The notes under the pieces are model-generated. The model was not told the origin of the DNA and made no database searches. It saw nothing but the letters and a program-made list of their open reading frames with translations. Position numbers and translations under genes: made by a program. Shown here one piece after another: positions 50,299-60,599 of a stretch of 64,000 nucleotides of DNA (the stretch's first letter is position 1; each line of letters starts with the position of its first letter). The stretch comes from an uncultured Gemmatimonadales bacterium (GTDB lineage Bacteria > Gemmatimonadota > Gemmatimonadetes > Longimicrobiales > RSA9), in contig CAWFKH010000003.1 of the NCBI GenBank assembly GCA_963816355.1, positions 896,001 to 960,000 of the forward strand. The letters are read 5' to 3'.

Positions 50299-53200
50299 AT
50301 GCTGAAGCGCGTCATCGAGTGGTCCGTCGCGAACCGCTTCCTCGTCCTGCTCGGCGCGCTGGCGATCGCCGCTGCCGGGATCCTCGCCATGCGGAGCACG
50401 CCGCTCGACGCGCTGCCCGACCTGTCGGACGTGCAGGTGATCGTCAAGACGGACTACGCCGGCCAGGCGCCGCAGATCGTCGAGGACCAGGTCACCTATC
50501 CCGTGGCGACGGAGATGCTGAAGGTGCCCGGCGCCGAGACCGTGCGCGGCTACTCCTTCTTCGGCGTCTCCTTCGTCTACGTCATCTTCAAGGACGGCAC
50601 CGACCTCTACTGGGCGAGGAGCCGGGTGCTCGAGTACCTGTCGGCGATCCGCGGCAAGCTGCCGCAAGGCGCCGACGCGGCGCTGGGGCCGGATGCCACG
50701 GGACTCGGCTGGGTCTACGAGTACGTGCTCGAGGACACCACCGGCACGCGCTCGCTGGCCGACCTGCGTTCGCTCCAGGACTGGTACCTGCGCTACCAGC
50801 TCACGGCGGTGCCGGGGGTGAGCGAGGTGGCCTCCGTGGGCGGCTTCGAGAAGAGCTACGAGGTCACCGTGGACCCGGAGAAGCTGCGCGGCTACGGCGT
50901 GCCGGTGACCCGCGTCATGGCCGCGCTGCGCGGCTCGAACCAGGACGCGGGCGCCATGACGCTCGAGCTCTCCGAACGGGAGTTCATGGTGCGCGGGCTC
51001 GGCTACCTGAAGGGCACGCGCGACATCGAGGAAACCGTGGTCGGCTCCACGGCCGGCGGCACGCCGATCCGCGTGGCCGACGTGGCGACGGTGCAGCTCG
51101 CGCCGGAGGTGCGCCGCGGTGTGGCCGACTACGACGGCCGCGGCGATGCCGTGGCCGGCATCGTCGTCATGCGCTTCGGCGAGAACGCGCTGGCGACCAT
51201 CGAGCGCGTGAAGGAGAAGCTGGCCGCGATCGAGGAGGGGCTACCGCCGGGGGTGGTGGTGCACACGGTCTACGACCGCTCGGACCTCATCCGGCGCAGT
51301 ATCTCGACGCTCAAGGAGAAGCTGGTCGAGGAGTCGATCGTCGTCGCGCTGGTCTGCCTTCTCTTCCTCTTCCACGCGCCCAGCGCGCTGGTGGCCATCG
51401 TCACGCTGCCGGTGGGCATCCTCATGGCCTTCATCGCCATGCGTATGGTGGGCGTGGGCGCGGACATCATGAGCCTGGGCGGCATCGCCATCGCCATCGG
51501 TGCCATGATCGACGGGGCGATCGTGATGATCGAGAACATGCACAAGCACCTGGAGCGGGCGCAGGCGGAGCTGGAAGGCGGGGAGCACGGATCGGCGCCG
51601 CGCCTGAGCAGCGTGCAGCGCTGGAAGGCGGTGGTCGAGTCCTCGAAGGAGGTCGGGCCGGCCCTCTTCTTCAGCCTGCTGATCATCACCGTCTCGTTCC
51701 TGCCCGTCTTCACCCTGGAGGCGCAGGAGGGCCGGCTCTTCAAGCCGCTCGCCTGGACCAAGACGCTGTCCATGGGCGCGGCGGCCGTCCTGGCCGTGAC
51801 GCTGGTGCCCGTGGCCATGGGGCTGTTCATCCGGGGACGCATCCACGCGGAGGACGCCAACCCGATCTCGCGCGTGCTGACCCGCCTCTACCGGCCCGTG
51901 CTCGACTTCGTGCTGCGCTGGCGCTGGCCGGTCATCGGCGGCGCGCTGGCCGTGCTGATCCTGACCTGGATCCCGTTCTCGCGCATCGGCAGCGAGTTCA
52001 TGCCGCCGCTCGGGGAGGGCTCGATCCTGTACATGCCGAGCACGCTGCCCGGCATCAGCGTGGCGCAGGTGCGCGCGGTCGTCCAGCGCCAGGACAGCAT
52101 CCTGAAGAGCTTCCCCGAGGTGCAGAGCGTGTTCGGGAAGGCGGGACGCGCCACGACGGCCACGGACCCGGCGGGCCTCGACATGGTGGAGACGACCATC
52201 GTGCTGAAGCCCGAGACGCAGTGGCGCCACGGGATGACCATGGAGCGGCTCGTGGCGGCCATGGACACGGCCATCGCGTACCCCGGCTTCGCCAACATGT
52301 GGACCATGCCCATCAAGGGGCGCATCGACATGCTGGCCACGGGCATCCGCACGCCGGTCGGCATCAAGATCTTCGGCCCCGACCTGGGCGAGCTGGAGCG
52401 GATCGGCCGCGACATCGAAGGCGCGATCCGCATGGTGCCGGGGACGCGCTCGGTGTTCGCGGACCGCGCGGTGTCGGGCTACTACCTCGACGTGGACATC
52501 GACCGCGCCGCCGCCGCCCGCTACGGGCTCAACATCCAGGACATCCAGAACGTGATCAGCTCGGCCGTGGGCGGCATGACCATCACGCAGACGGTCGAGG
52601 GGCGCGAGCGCTACGGCGTGCGCCTGCGCTACCCGCAGGAACTGCGCGACCAGCCCGAGAAGCTGGCCGACGTGCTCGTCCCGATCTCCCGCGGTCGGGC
52701 CTCCATGGATCCGGCGGGCAGCGGCATGGAGGCGATGGGCGGCGGCGCGTCCGACGGGACTTCATCGGCGGCGACGGTGGCCGGCGGCGGCACCGGAGCG
52801 CCGCCGGCGCCCGGCGTCGCACAGATCCCGCTCGGCGCTGTCGCCACCATCCGCATGGTGAAGGGGCCCATGGCCATCAAGACGGAGGGGGCGTTCCCCA
52901 CGGCCTGGGTCAACGTGGACGTGACCGGCCGCGACATCGGCAGCTACATCGCCGACGCGAAGCCGATGGTGGAGCGCATGGTGACGCTGCCGGCCGGCTA
53001 CTCCATCCAGTGGTCGGGCCAATACGAGTACATGCAGCGGGCGCGGCAGAAGATGATGCTCGTGGTGCCCGCGGTGCTGCTCATCATCGCGCTGCTGCTC
53101 TACCTCAACTTCCGGAGCGCGGGAGAAACGGCCATCGTGCTCCTCTCCCTGCCGTTCTCGCTGGTCGGCAGCGTGTTCTTCATGGCGCTGCTGGGCTACA

Positions 53201-53631
53201 ACTGGTCCGTGGCCACGGGCATCGGCTTCATCGCCCTCGGCGGCGTGGCCGCGGAGATCGGCGTCGTGATGCTCGTCTACCTCAAGCAGGCGCACCGCAG
53301 GCGGCGTGAGGAGGGGCGGCTGCGCGGCACCGATGACCTGCTCGACGCGGTGCGCGAGGGCGCCGGGCAGCGGCTCCGGCCGGTCGTCATGACGGCTACC
53401 GCCATCATCGCCGGCTTGCTGCCCATCCTCTGGGGCGACGGCACGGGCGCGAGCGTCATGAAGCGCATCGCCGCGCCCATGGTCGGCGGCATGGTTTCCG
53501 CCACCGCGCTCACGCTGCTCGTGATCCCCGCGGTCTACTCCCTGTGGCAGGAGGCACTGCTGCGCCGGGAGGCCCGCTCGGCGGCCGCAGAGCCCGCCGA
53601 CACGCGCCTGGCCGCGGCGGCGGGGGTCTGA
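50299..53631 (+). CDS. cusA: CusA/CzcA heavy-metal RND efflux pump
   Basis: LDALPDLSDVQVI, VEDQVTYP, LGPDATGLGW, GSEFMP, RIDMLATG, MKRIAAPMVGG. Confidence 0.95.
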   Translation: MLKRVIEWSVANRFLVLLGALAIAAAGILAMRSTPLDALPDLSDVQVIVKTDYAGQAPQIVEDQVTYPVATEMLKVPGAETVRGYSFFGVSFVYVIFKDGTDLYWARSRVLEYLSAIRGKLPQGADAALGPDATGLGWVYEYVLEDTTGTRSLADLRSLQDWYLRYQLTAVPGVSEVASVGGFEKSYEVTVDPEKLRGYGVPVTRVMAALRGSNQDAGAMTLELSEREFMVRGLGYLKGTRDIEETVVGSTAGGTPIRVADVATVQLAPEVRRGVADYDGRGDAVAGIVVMRFGENALATIERVKEKLAAIEEGLPPGVVVHTVYDRSDLIRRSISTLKEKLVEESIVVALVCLLFLFHAPSALVAIVTLPVGILMAFIAMRMVGVGADIMSLGGIAIAIGAMIDGAIVMIENMHKHLERAQAELEGGEHGSAPRLSSVQRWKAVVESSKEVGPALFFSLLIITVSFLPVFTLEAQEGRLFKPLAWTKTLSMGAAAVLAVTLVPVAMGLFIRGRIHAEDANPISRVLTRLYRPVLDFVLRWRWPVIGGALAVLILTWIPFSRIGSEFMPPLGEGSILYMPSTLPGISVAQVRAVVQRQDSILKSFPEVQSVFGKAGRATTATDPAGLDMVETTIVLKPETQWRHGMTMERLVAAMDTAIAYPGFANMWTMPIKGRIDMLATGIRTPVGIKIFGPDLGELERIGRDIEGAIRMVPGTRSVFADRAVSGYYLDVDIDRAAAARYGLNIQDIQNVISSAVGGMTITQTVEGRERYGVRLRYPQELRDQPEKLADVLVPISRGRASMDPAGSGMEAMGGGASDGTSSAATVAGGGTGAPPAPGVAQIPLGAVATIRMVKGPMAIKTEGAFPTAWVNVDVTGRDIGSYIADAKPMVERMVTLPAGYSIQWSGQYEYMQRARQKMMLVVPAVLLIIALLLYLNFRSAGETAIVLLSLPFSLVGSVFFMALLGYNWSVATGIGFIALGGVAAEIGVVMLVYLKQAHRRRREEGRLRGTDDLLDAVREGAGQRLRPVVMTATAIIAGLLPILWGDGTGASVMKRIAAPMVGGMVSATALTLLVIPAVYSLWQEALLRREARSAAAEPADTRLAAAAGV

Positions 53632-53679
53632 GCCGCGGGCGGCCGCCGTCAGGCGCTCGCCGGGGCTCAGCGATGGCGG

Positions 53680-53795
53680 GCTGCAGCGCGGCGACCGCCT
53701 GGCGCAGCGTCGCGGCGGCGGCCGCCTCCCGCCCCGGCCGGTGGGCGACCACCATGCTCAGGCCCATCGGACCCGCCTGCCGCAGGCGCATAGGG
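53680..53795 (-). pseudogene. Possible internal remnant of another ADOP-type ABC permease
   Basis: LRQAGPMGLSMVVAHRPGREAAAAATLRQAVAALQPAIA resembles the segment that precedes the second FtsX domain. Confidence 0.4.
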
Positions 53796-53876
53796 TGCAC
53801 CCCTCGCCGCTCCGGGCTGCGCTCCGGCGACGATCCCCTGGGTCGAGCGGCGGATCGAGCCGCCGACCCGGTCCGA

Positions 53877-55262
53877 TCAGCTTCCGAAGCGAGAGCCGTA
53901 CTTGCTCGCCTGGAGAATCGCCTCCGGATCCTTCAACGCGAGCAGGTCGCGGATCGCCTGCTTCTTGTCCTGGGCCTGCTCGTAGTACGCCTGCGCGATC
54001 CGATAGCCGACGAAGTAGCCGAGGTCGGCCACCCACTCCGGCCCCACCCGATCCGATCCGCCGTTGGCGATCCAATCCCGCTCGTCCGTGCCGTGCATGT
54101 CCTTCTGGAAGCGCCGCCAGATCATGGCTTCATGCGCGATGCCGAACGCGTACGCCGCCGGGTTCGATTGGCGCCCCGAGATCAGCTCACCAAGGAAATC
54201 CGCGCCGCCTTCCACGAGCGCACCACGCAACAGGTCCCGATGGCCGGCATGGCCCTGCTCGAAATGGATCAGCTCGTGCGCCACGACCGGCGGCACCTCC
54301 TCCACCCCCCGCACCCACGCCCGCAGCGTGGGGGTGAGCGCCTCCCTGGGCGACTCCGGCGTCGCCGTCATCTGATCGACACCCAGCAGCAGACCGCGAC
54401 TCGACGTCGTCCCCGCCGACGTCATCATCCCCATCACGAAGTACATGTCCGGAAACACCGCATCCGGATACAGCTCCTTCAGCTTGTGGAACGAGGCGCG
54501 TATCTCGCCCGCCTGCGAAGCGATCTTCAGGCTGCTCGCCCGCAGCGTCGCGTAGTATGCAGCATACTTGTCAAGGGTCGCCACGAACCGCGTCACCGAA
54601 GGGATCTTCAGCAGGAAATAGTCGACCAGCCCGTCGCTCGCCCGGTCGAAGTACTCGCGCTCGTAGATCTCCTCCTTCTCGGCGGCCGTCGTGGCCTTCT
54701 GCGCGTCGTCGTACGCCTCCCAGAAGTGGTCGATGTCGGAAGTGACGAGCCGGGCCGCATCCGGATCCCCTCTCTCCGCCTCGTAAACGGCTCGGTTCGC
54801 ACGGACCGCCTTCACGGTCGCCCTCCAGGCCGGCAGCTCGTGGAGTGGATCGAAAGCGGGCTCGTCCGCCACTTCGCTGACCTTCCAGTACCCGCGCTTC
54901 GCCAACCGCTCGAGCAGTTGCATGGGCTCCGCCTTCAGGCCGCCCAGCGCGAATGCGTACGCCGCGTTGAGCAGCGTCTCGTTCGGGTCGGCCGCGTTAT
55001 CCGCGGCCCGCTGCCACAACCTGCCCGCTCTCAGGTAGTCCTTCGCGTGATATGCGGCGAAGGCCGAGTCGTCGAGGATCGCGGCCGCCTTCCCGCGCTC
55101 GATCCGCTCCATGCCGCCACCCGACGCCACCGGCACCGCGGCCTTCGCCTGAGCTGGAGCCTTGTCCTGCGCCTGCACCGGTCGGCTGCCGAACACCACA
55201 CTCGCCACGATGAGGAAGAGGCACCTCGTTCGAACGCCGATCTGCAGTCCTTTTCTGCGCAT
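53877..55262 (-). CDS. Secreted putative Zn-dependent protease (DUF2268-like) with N-terminal TPR
   Basis: SDIDHFW, SAGT, VAHELIHFEQ, EGGADF, DLGYFVGYRI...YY. Confidence 0.85.
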   Translation of the reverse strand: MRRKGLQIGVRTRCLFLIVASVVFGSRPVQAQDKAPAQAKAAVPVASGGGMERIERGKAAAILDDSAFAAYHAKDYLRAGRLWQRAADNAADPNETLLNAAYAFALGGLKAEPMQLLERLAKRGYWKVSEVADEPAFDPLHELPAWRATVKAVRANRAVYEAERGDPDAARLVTSDIDHFWEAYDDAQKATTAAEKEEIYEREYFDRASDGLVDYFLLKIPSVTRFVATLDKYAAYYATLRASSLKIASQAGEIRASFHKLKELYPDAVFPDMYFVMGMMTSAGTTSSRGLLLGVDQMTATPESPREALTPTLRAWVRGVEEVPPVVAHELIHFEQGHAGHRDLLRGALVEGGADFLGELISGRQSNPAAYAFGIAHEAMIWRRFQKDMHGTDERDWIANGGSDRVGPEWVADLGYFVGYRIAQAYYEQAQDKKQAIRDLLALKDPEAILQASKYGSRFGS

Positions 55263-55445
55263 GCCGCTCTCGAGGGTAGGAGATCCAATGGCACTTCCGG
55301 GCACCTTCGCGCATCATGGGTCGACGGCGATCGGTCGGTCAAGCCGATCGTGAGGACGTGCGATGGGGCAGGGAGAGGGCGTGGAATCCGGAGGTCAGGC
55401 CGAACACCTCCGCGCCGCCGCGCCCGAGGGCGTCCCGCCCATCGG

Positions 55446-56021
55446 CTACTTCCGCGGCGAGGTCGCCGGCACCATGAGGTGCGCGTAGGGCGTGCCCTTC
55501 CACATCACGTAGGGACCGCCGTTCGCCGGATCCGTGGGAAGCGCGTCGAGAAGCTTCGGGTCCGGAATCAGGATCATCACGTGGGGGCCGCTGTTCTCCA
55601 GCCACTGGTTCGCCGGCGCCGGCTCCGTGGCGAATGGGTTCGTATTGCTCACCGGCATATCGCCCTGAAGCATGTACCCGAAGGCGATCCGCGGTATCGT
55701 CGGAGCCCGCTCGTGCATCAGCGCGTCGATGAACGCGCGCCACGGCGCGTCCAGGCACATCGGCGAGTTGTTGGGGACGTCGGGCAGGTCCGGCAGGCAC
55801 ACCCAGTCGCTCGTCCCCGGACGCAGCACGCGACCATCGTGCGCCATCACCGTCGCACCGGCGGCGAGCGACGCAGGCGCCGCGCTCAGGGCGTTGGCGA
55901 TCAGCGCCTGATCCGCCGCCGGGTCCGCCCCCGGATGCGCCGGAGCGCCCGACGTCTGGCCTGCGGCGGCGCCGGCGAGGCCGGCCAGCAACGCGCTGGT
56001 GGACAGCAGAATCGACCGCAT
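55446..56021 (-). CDS. Secreted hypothetical protein
   Basis: Signal peptide; ALSAAP, WVCLP..PMCLD, YMLQGD, GPHVM, TPYAHLM. Confidence 0.85.
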   Translation of the reverse strand: MRSILLSTSALLAGLAGAAAGQTSGAPAHPGADPAADQALIANALSAAPASLAAGATVMAHDGRVLRPGTSDWVCLPDLPDVPNNSPMCLDAPWRAFIDALMHERAPTIPRIAFGYMLQGDMPVSNTNPFATEPAPANQWLENSGPHVMILIPDPKLLDALPTDPANGGPYVMWKGTPYAHLMVPATSPRK

Positions 56022-56063
56022 GTGGGGACCTCCGCGTGAGGGTGGTTCGCGCCGTGCGGTTAC

Positions 56064-56079
56064 TAGACCGATCGGTCCA
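56064..56079. promoter_or_regulatory. NemR-type operator
   Basis: TAGACCGATCGGTCCA. Confidence 0.7.
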
Positions 56080-56102
56080 GTCACGGCGAAAATAAAAATG
56101 GA

Positions 56103-56678
56103 TCAGCGAGGCGCCGCGGCTGCGAAATAGAAGTCGAGAAACCCATCCAGCGGCCGACCGGTGCGCACCAGTCGCGTACGGAGCGCCGCGCCCTCCCAGG
56201 CGTCCACGAGGACGTCGGCCATCCGTCGCGGGTCCGTCGTGGCCGGCAGGTCACCGCGTGTACGCGCCTCCTCGAGACAGGCGGCCAGCCGCTCCGCGAT
56301 GGCGCCGATACACCTTTCGATCCTCCGGCGAAACACCTCGCTCGCCCCCGAGAGCTCCTGTCCGAGCGCGCCGAGGAAGCAGCCGAGATAACCTTCGACG
56401 GCATAGGCGTCGCGTACGCCCTCGAAGAAGCGGCGCACGCGCTGCAGCGGCGGGTGCCGTCCGTCCTCGAGCGTCGCGTCGAGCAGCTGGTGCACGTCGG
56501 CCACGTAGGCTTCGATCACCTGGAGCGCGAAGTCTTCCTTCGACGCGAAATGGTGATAGAACGACCCCTTGGGGACTCCGGTCTCCCGCAGCAGTTGCTG
56601 AATCCCCATGGCATTGTAGCCGCGCTCGAGCATGAGGCGGAGACCGGCGTCGATCAGCCGCTGCTTCGTCTCGTGCAT
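56103..56678 (-). CDS. TetR-family regulator, NemR-like
   Basis: GVPKGSFYHHF.SKEDF, GCFLGALGQEL, WEGAALR. Confidence 0.92.
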   Translation of the reverse strand: MHETKQRLIDAGLRLMLERGYNAMGIQQLLRETGVPKGSFYHHFASKEDFALQVIEAYVADVHQLLDATLEDGRHPPLQRVRRFFEGVRDAYAVEGYLGCFLGALGQELSGASEVFRRRIERCIGAIAERLAACLEEARTRGDLPATTDPRRMADVLVDAWEGAALRTRLVRTGRPLDGFLDFYFAAAAPR

Positions 56679-56694
56679 CGCAGGTGCGGCCGCC

Positions 56695-56710
56695 TAGACC
56701 AATCGGTCTA
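56695..56710. promoter_or_regulatory. NemR-type operator (autoregulatory)
   Basis: TAGACC-AATC-GGTCTA. Confidence 0.75.
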
Positions 56711-56753
56711 TTCATGCCGCATGATGCGATGCCAGGGAGCGCCGCGTCAAGAC

Positions 56754-58157
56754 TCAGCGGAAGCCGAACAGCGGTGGGAAGACGAACGCGACCACCGCGG
56801 CCCACGCGGCGATCACGTACAGGTAGCGCACCTGCCAGTCCCAGAGCCGCGGGAAGCGCTTGCCGCCCCGCAGGAAGCCGGCGTAGAGGACGGCGGAGCC
56901 CGCCAGGTTGACCAGCAGGACGACGTTCATCCCCAACGCCGCGAACCGGTTGGGCGTCCAGCCCATGTCCGAGATCCGGGCGCCGATCGCCCGGAGCGCC
57001 AGGAGATCCACCACCAGCGCGGTCCCGACCAGCGTCAGGTGCAGCCAGTCGAAGATTCCGGGGGGCGCCAGGGGGTCCCGGGCCGAGATCGAGTACAGCA
57101 GCAGCCCGAAGACCACGATCAGCAGCACGTCCAGCGCGATGAGGATCTCCCGCTCCACGTCGATCGCCCGCCCCGTTCCCAGCAGCGTCGCGAGGAAGGC
57201 GAGGAGCACCAGCGCGAAGAGGGGAATGAAGACCCGAGCCAGCACCGGCGCCATGTTCTCGATGACGCTCTGCTTCGCCTCCACGAGCCACGCGGCCACC
57301 ACGGTGGCGCCGGCGACGCCGCAGGGCACGATCCAGTTCTGCACCAGGATCCGCAGGTCGAGGCCGATCGCCTGGAAGAGAGCCAGCGTGAGCCCGGTGA
57401 GCACGCCGCCGCCCAGTGCGATCAGCACCAGGTAGATGAAGAGCTCGCCGGTGAACCGGATGAAGTCCATCCGCTTCTCGCTCCCGCGCCAGCTCCCGCC
57501 CACGTACGCCACGCCCACCGCCAGCCAGAGGGCGAGCGGCAGGTGCAGAACGCTCAGCATCAGGGTGTCCGGCTCGCGCCCCGGCCTGGGTGAGAACGGA
57601 AACGCGTTCGCCACGATCGCCGCCAGGACGAACACCGCGGCCAGCCCAGCCCGGCTCCTCGCCGGCAGCGGCCGCTCCCACGCGAAATACGCCGCGATGA
57701 AGGGCAGGCTGAAGAAGGAGAAGTCCAGCAGGTAGAAGAGGCTCGGGTCGCCGCCCTCCGGGACGGCGAAGAACGCGCCGACCTTGATCGCCACGGCCGC
57801 CGCCACGGCCAGCCCCAGCGCCACCCACATCCTCCGTGACCCGGCCGATCCCCACGACTCGCCGCCCGACCCCTCGCCGCCCGTCAGGACGAGCTGCTTC
57901 CACAGCCGCTCCGAATGCTCCCGGGCGAACTCCCGCGTCACGGCGTCGACGGCGCCCATGCGCTTCACCGCGACCAGGAACGCCTCGTCGCCGGAAAGCC
58001 CCTGCTCCCCCAGCGACGCGATCCGCTCCCGAAGGTGATCCTCCAGTTCCGCCGCATCCGCGCCCGTGATCGCACGGCTCCTTCGCAGGTGCGCACGCCA
58101 CGCTTCGATCTGCACCTCGAGCGGGTCGCCCGCGACGTCCCTCCGCTCCCGATCCAT
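56754..58157 (-). CDS. Permease-prefix-domain membrane protein
   Basis: ELEDHLR...GLSGDEAFLVAVKRMG, RFTGE, ENMAPVL, TPNR.AALG.N. Confidence 0.88.
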   Translation of the reverse strand: MDRERRDVAGDPLEVQIEAWRAHLRRSRAITGADAAELEDHLRERIASLGEQGLSGDEAFLVAVKRMGAVDAVTREFAREHSERLWKQLVLTGGEGSGGESWGSAGSRRMWVALGLAVAAAVAIKVGAFFAVPEGGDPSLFYLLDFSFFSLPFIAAYFAWERPLPARSRAGLAAVFVLAAIVANAFPFSPRPGREPDTLMLSVLHLPLALWLAVGVAYVGGSWRGSEKRMDFIRFTGELFIYLVLIALGGGVLTGLTLALFQAIGLDLRILVQNWIVPCGVAGATVVAAWLVEAKQSVIENMAPVLARVFIPLFALVLLAFLATLLGTGRAIDVEREILIALDVLLIVVFGLLLYSISARDPLAPPGIFDWLHLTLVGTALVVDLLALRAIGARISDMGWTPNRFAALGMNVVLLVNLAGSAVLYAGFLRGGKRFPRLWDWQVRYLYVIAAWAAVVAFVFPPLFGFR

Positions 58158-58162
58158 TGAGC

Positions 58163-58537
58163 TCAGCTCCGCTGAGGTTCGAGGCGCCCGCCCCCGCGCG
58201 CGAGCTTCGACCGCGCCGACCACACCTTCCGGAGCGTCTCGTCCACCGTCCTCCACTGACGACGCTCCTCGTCCAACTGCGCGCGCCCCGCCTCCGTCAC
58301 GCCGTAGTACTTCCGCTTCCTCCCCGTCTCCGCCGTCTCCCACCGGGACTCGACCAGCCCCGAACGCTCCAGCCGATGCAGCACCGGATACAACATCCCA
58401 TCCGTCCACTCCAGCTCGCCCCCCGACAGCTCCCGCACCCGCTGCAGGATCGCGTAGCCGTAGCTGTCCCCCTCGGCCAGGATCGCCAGGACCAGCGGCG
58501 TCGACGACGCCGCCACCAGCTCCTTGTTGATGCTCAT
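58163..58537 (-). CDS. PadR-family regulator
   Basis: KELVAASSTPLVL, SYGYAI, WTDGMLYPVLHRLE, RKYY. Confidence 0.95.
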   Translation of the reverse strand: MSINKELVAASSTPLVLAILAEGDSYGYAILQRVRELSGGELEWTDGMLYPVLHRLERSGLVESRWETAETGRKRKYYGVTEAGRAQLDEERRQWRTVDETLRKVWSARSKLARGGGRLEPQRS

Positions 58538-58626
58538 CGTGCCGCCGCGTTCGCGTGCATGGCGGCATTATACATAATAGCTCTAGGTATGGCCACGGGG
58601 GCACGCGCCGCGGGAGTTTGCCTCCC

Positions 58627-59685
58627 ATGTATGCCATCACCTTCGTCGACGTCGAAAGCCTGCGCTTCGAGCGCGTGGCGGACCCGGAGCTCATCGCCGA
58701 GGGCGACGCGATCGTGCGGGTCGAGCTGGCGGGCGTCTGCGGCTCCGACCTTCACCCGTACCTCGGTCACGAGCGGGGGCTGGACCCGGGAACCGTCATG
58801 GGCCACGAGCTGGTGGGCCGAGTGGTGGAGGTCGGAGCCGGCGTACGCACGTTCCGCGAGGGGGACCGGGTGGTGGCCCCGTTCACCACGAGCTGCGGCG
58901 CCTGCCGCGCGTGCGAGGCCGGCCTGACCTCGCGTTGCCCCCGGGGTCGACTCTTCGGCTGGGTCGCGGGTGGCCGGGGGCTGCACGGGGCGCAGGCGGA
59001 ACTCGTACGCGTGCCGCTGGCGGACACGACGCTCGTCGCCGTGCCGGACGACTTTCCGGACCTCGCCGTGGCGCTGCTCGCCGGCGACGTCCTCTCGACC
59101 GCGATGTACGCTGCGGAGCTGGCGCGTGTGGCGCCCGGCGACGTCGTCGCGGTGATCGGCTGCGGCCCCGTCGGCCTCCTCGCCATCCGCGCGGCGCTCG
59201 CGCGGGGCGCGCGGGAGATTTTCGCCCTCGACGTGGTCGCCTCGCGGCTCGCGCTCGCCGGGCGTTTCGGCGCGACGCCGGTGAACGCGGGCGCTGCCGG
59301 CGCGGTGGAGCGCGTCCGGTCGCGCACCGGCGGGCACGGCGTCGATCGCGTCCTCGAAGCGGCCGGCTCGCCACGAGCGACGCGCCTGGCCTGGGAGCTG
59401 GTCGCGCCCGGCGGCGCCATCGCCGCGGTCGGCGTGCACACCGAGCCGCAGCTCGCCCTCTCTCCGGGCGAGCTGTACGACCGCAACCTCACGTACGCCG
59501 CCGGACGCTGTCCGGCGCGCCGCATCCTCCCGGCCGCCCTCGAGATGGCGCGGCGCGACGCGCCGCTGCTCGGCGACCTGATCTCACACCGGCTTCCGCT
59601 GTCCGAAGGAGTCGACGCGTACCGGCGGCTCGCCGCGCGGGAGGAAGGTTGGGCGAAGGTGGTGCTGGCGCCTTCGTCGCCCTGA
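58627..59685 (+). CDS. Zn-dependent medium-chain alcohol dehydrogenase
   Basis: CGSDLH, GHE, C..C..C.......C, GAQAE.VRVP.AD, GCGPVG. Confidence 0.93.
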   Translation: MYAITFVDVESLRFERVADPELIAEGDAIVRVELAGVCGSDLHPYLGHERGLDPGTVMGHELVGRVVEVGAGVRTFREGDRVVAPFTTSCGACRACEAGLTSRCPRGRLFGWVAGGRGLHGAQAELVRVPLADTTLVAVPDDFPDLAVALLAGDVLSTAMYAAELARVAPGDVVAVIGCGPVGLLAIRAALARGAREIFALDVVASRLALAGRFGATPVNAGAAGAVERVRSRTGGHGVDRVLEAAGSPRATRLAWELVAPGGAIAAVGVHTEPQLALSPGELYDRNLTYAAGRCPARRILPAALEMARRDAPLLGDLISHRLPLSEGVDAYRRLAAREEGWAKVVLAPSSP

Positions 59686-59749
59686 TCGGGCGTGTTACTT
59701 TCGCACTTCGGGCCGCTCCCCGTTCACCCTCTCGCCCCCGGGGTTTGAA

Positions 59750-60502
59750 ATGCTCCAGACCGTGCATTCTCGCCGCTTGCGCCTGGCTCTGCTCGGCGTC
59801 CCGCTGGTGGCGGCAGCGACGCTGGGCGTCGCCTTCGCGTCGCCGGCCACGCCTTCCGCTGCGCCCGCTGCGCCCGCAGCCGCGCCACGCCCGGAGCGCT
59901 CGGGCGCGGAGTGGCGCGACAGCGTTCGGGCCTTCGCCGAAAAGAACCTGCAGCACACCGCGTGGGGGCCTGCGCACGCGCGGCGCGACTACGAGATGAC
60001 GCTGCGGCTCGCGCGCGCCGAGGGGCTGGCGTTGGACGATGACGCGCTGTACGCGGCGGCCTACCTGCACGACATGGGCGGCCTGCCGCCCTACGCCCGG
60101 GAAGGGGTGGACCACGGCGATCGCTCCGCGCAGCTGGTGGAGGGCGTGTTGCGCGGCACCGGGTTCCCCATGGAAAAGATCCCGCTGGTGCAGGAGATCG
60201 TGAGTCATCACCAGTACTACCGTCCGCCGGACACGCTGCGGATCGCCGTGCTCTTTCGCGACGCGGACATCCTGGACTTCATGGGGGTGATCGACGTGGC
60301 GCGCATCCTGTCTCTCACCAAGCGGGAGCCGTTCGTGCCGGACCTGCCGCGCGCCATTCAGGTGATCCGGCAGCAGATGATCGACATGCCCGCGCGCCTG
60401 CAGTCGCAGGCGGCGAAGCGGGAAGGGAAGCGGCGCGTCGCGGAGATGAAGGCGTTCCTGGACGCGCTGTCGGCGGAGACGGACTCGCTGCAGGTCCTCT
60501 GA
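59750..60502 (+). CDS. HD-domain protein with N-terminal signal peptide
   Basis: H.AWG..H, YLHD, DHG, HH, DADILD. Confidence 0.85.
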   Translation: MLQTVHSRRLRLALLGVPLVAAATLGVAFASPATPSAAPAAPAAAPRPERSGAEWRDSVRAFAEKNLQHTAWGPAHARRDYEMTLRLARAEGLALDDDALYAAAYLHDMGGLPPYAREGVDHGDRSAQLVEGVLRGTGFPMEKIPLVQEIVSHHQYYRPPDTLRIAVLFRDADILDFMGVIDVARILSLTKREPFVPDLPRAIQVIRQQMIDMPARLQSQAAKREGKRRVAEMKAFLDALSAETDSLQVL

Positions 60503-60543
60503 GGCGCGGCGGCGCCACCCCGCTGGGCCGGGTGCCACGGCGT

Positions 60544-60599
60544 GCGGAGAAATCGCCGCGCGCGGAGAAATCGCCGCGGATCGCGGAGAAATCGCCGCG
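60544..60599. repeat. Three tandem copies of GCGGAGAAATCGCCGCG
   Basis: Exact 17-mers at 60544, 60562 and 60583. Confidence 0.95.
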
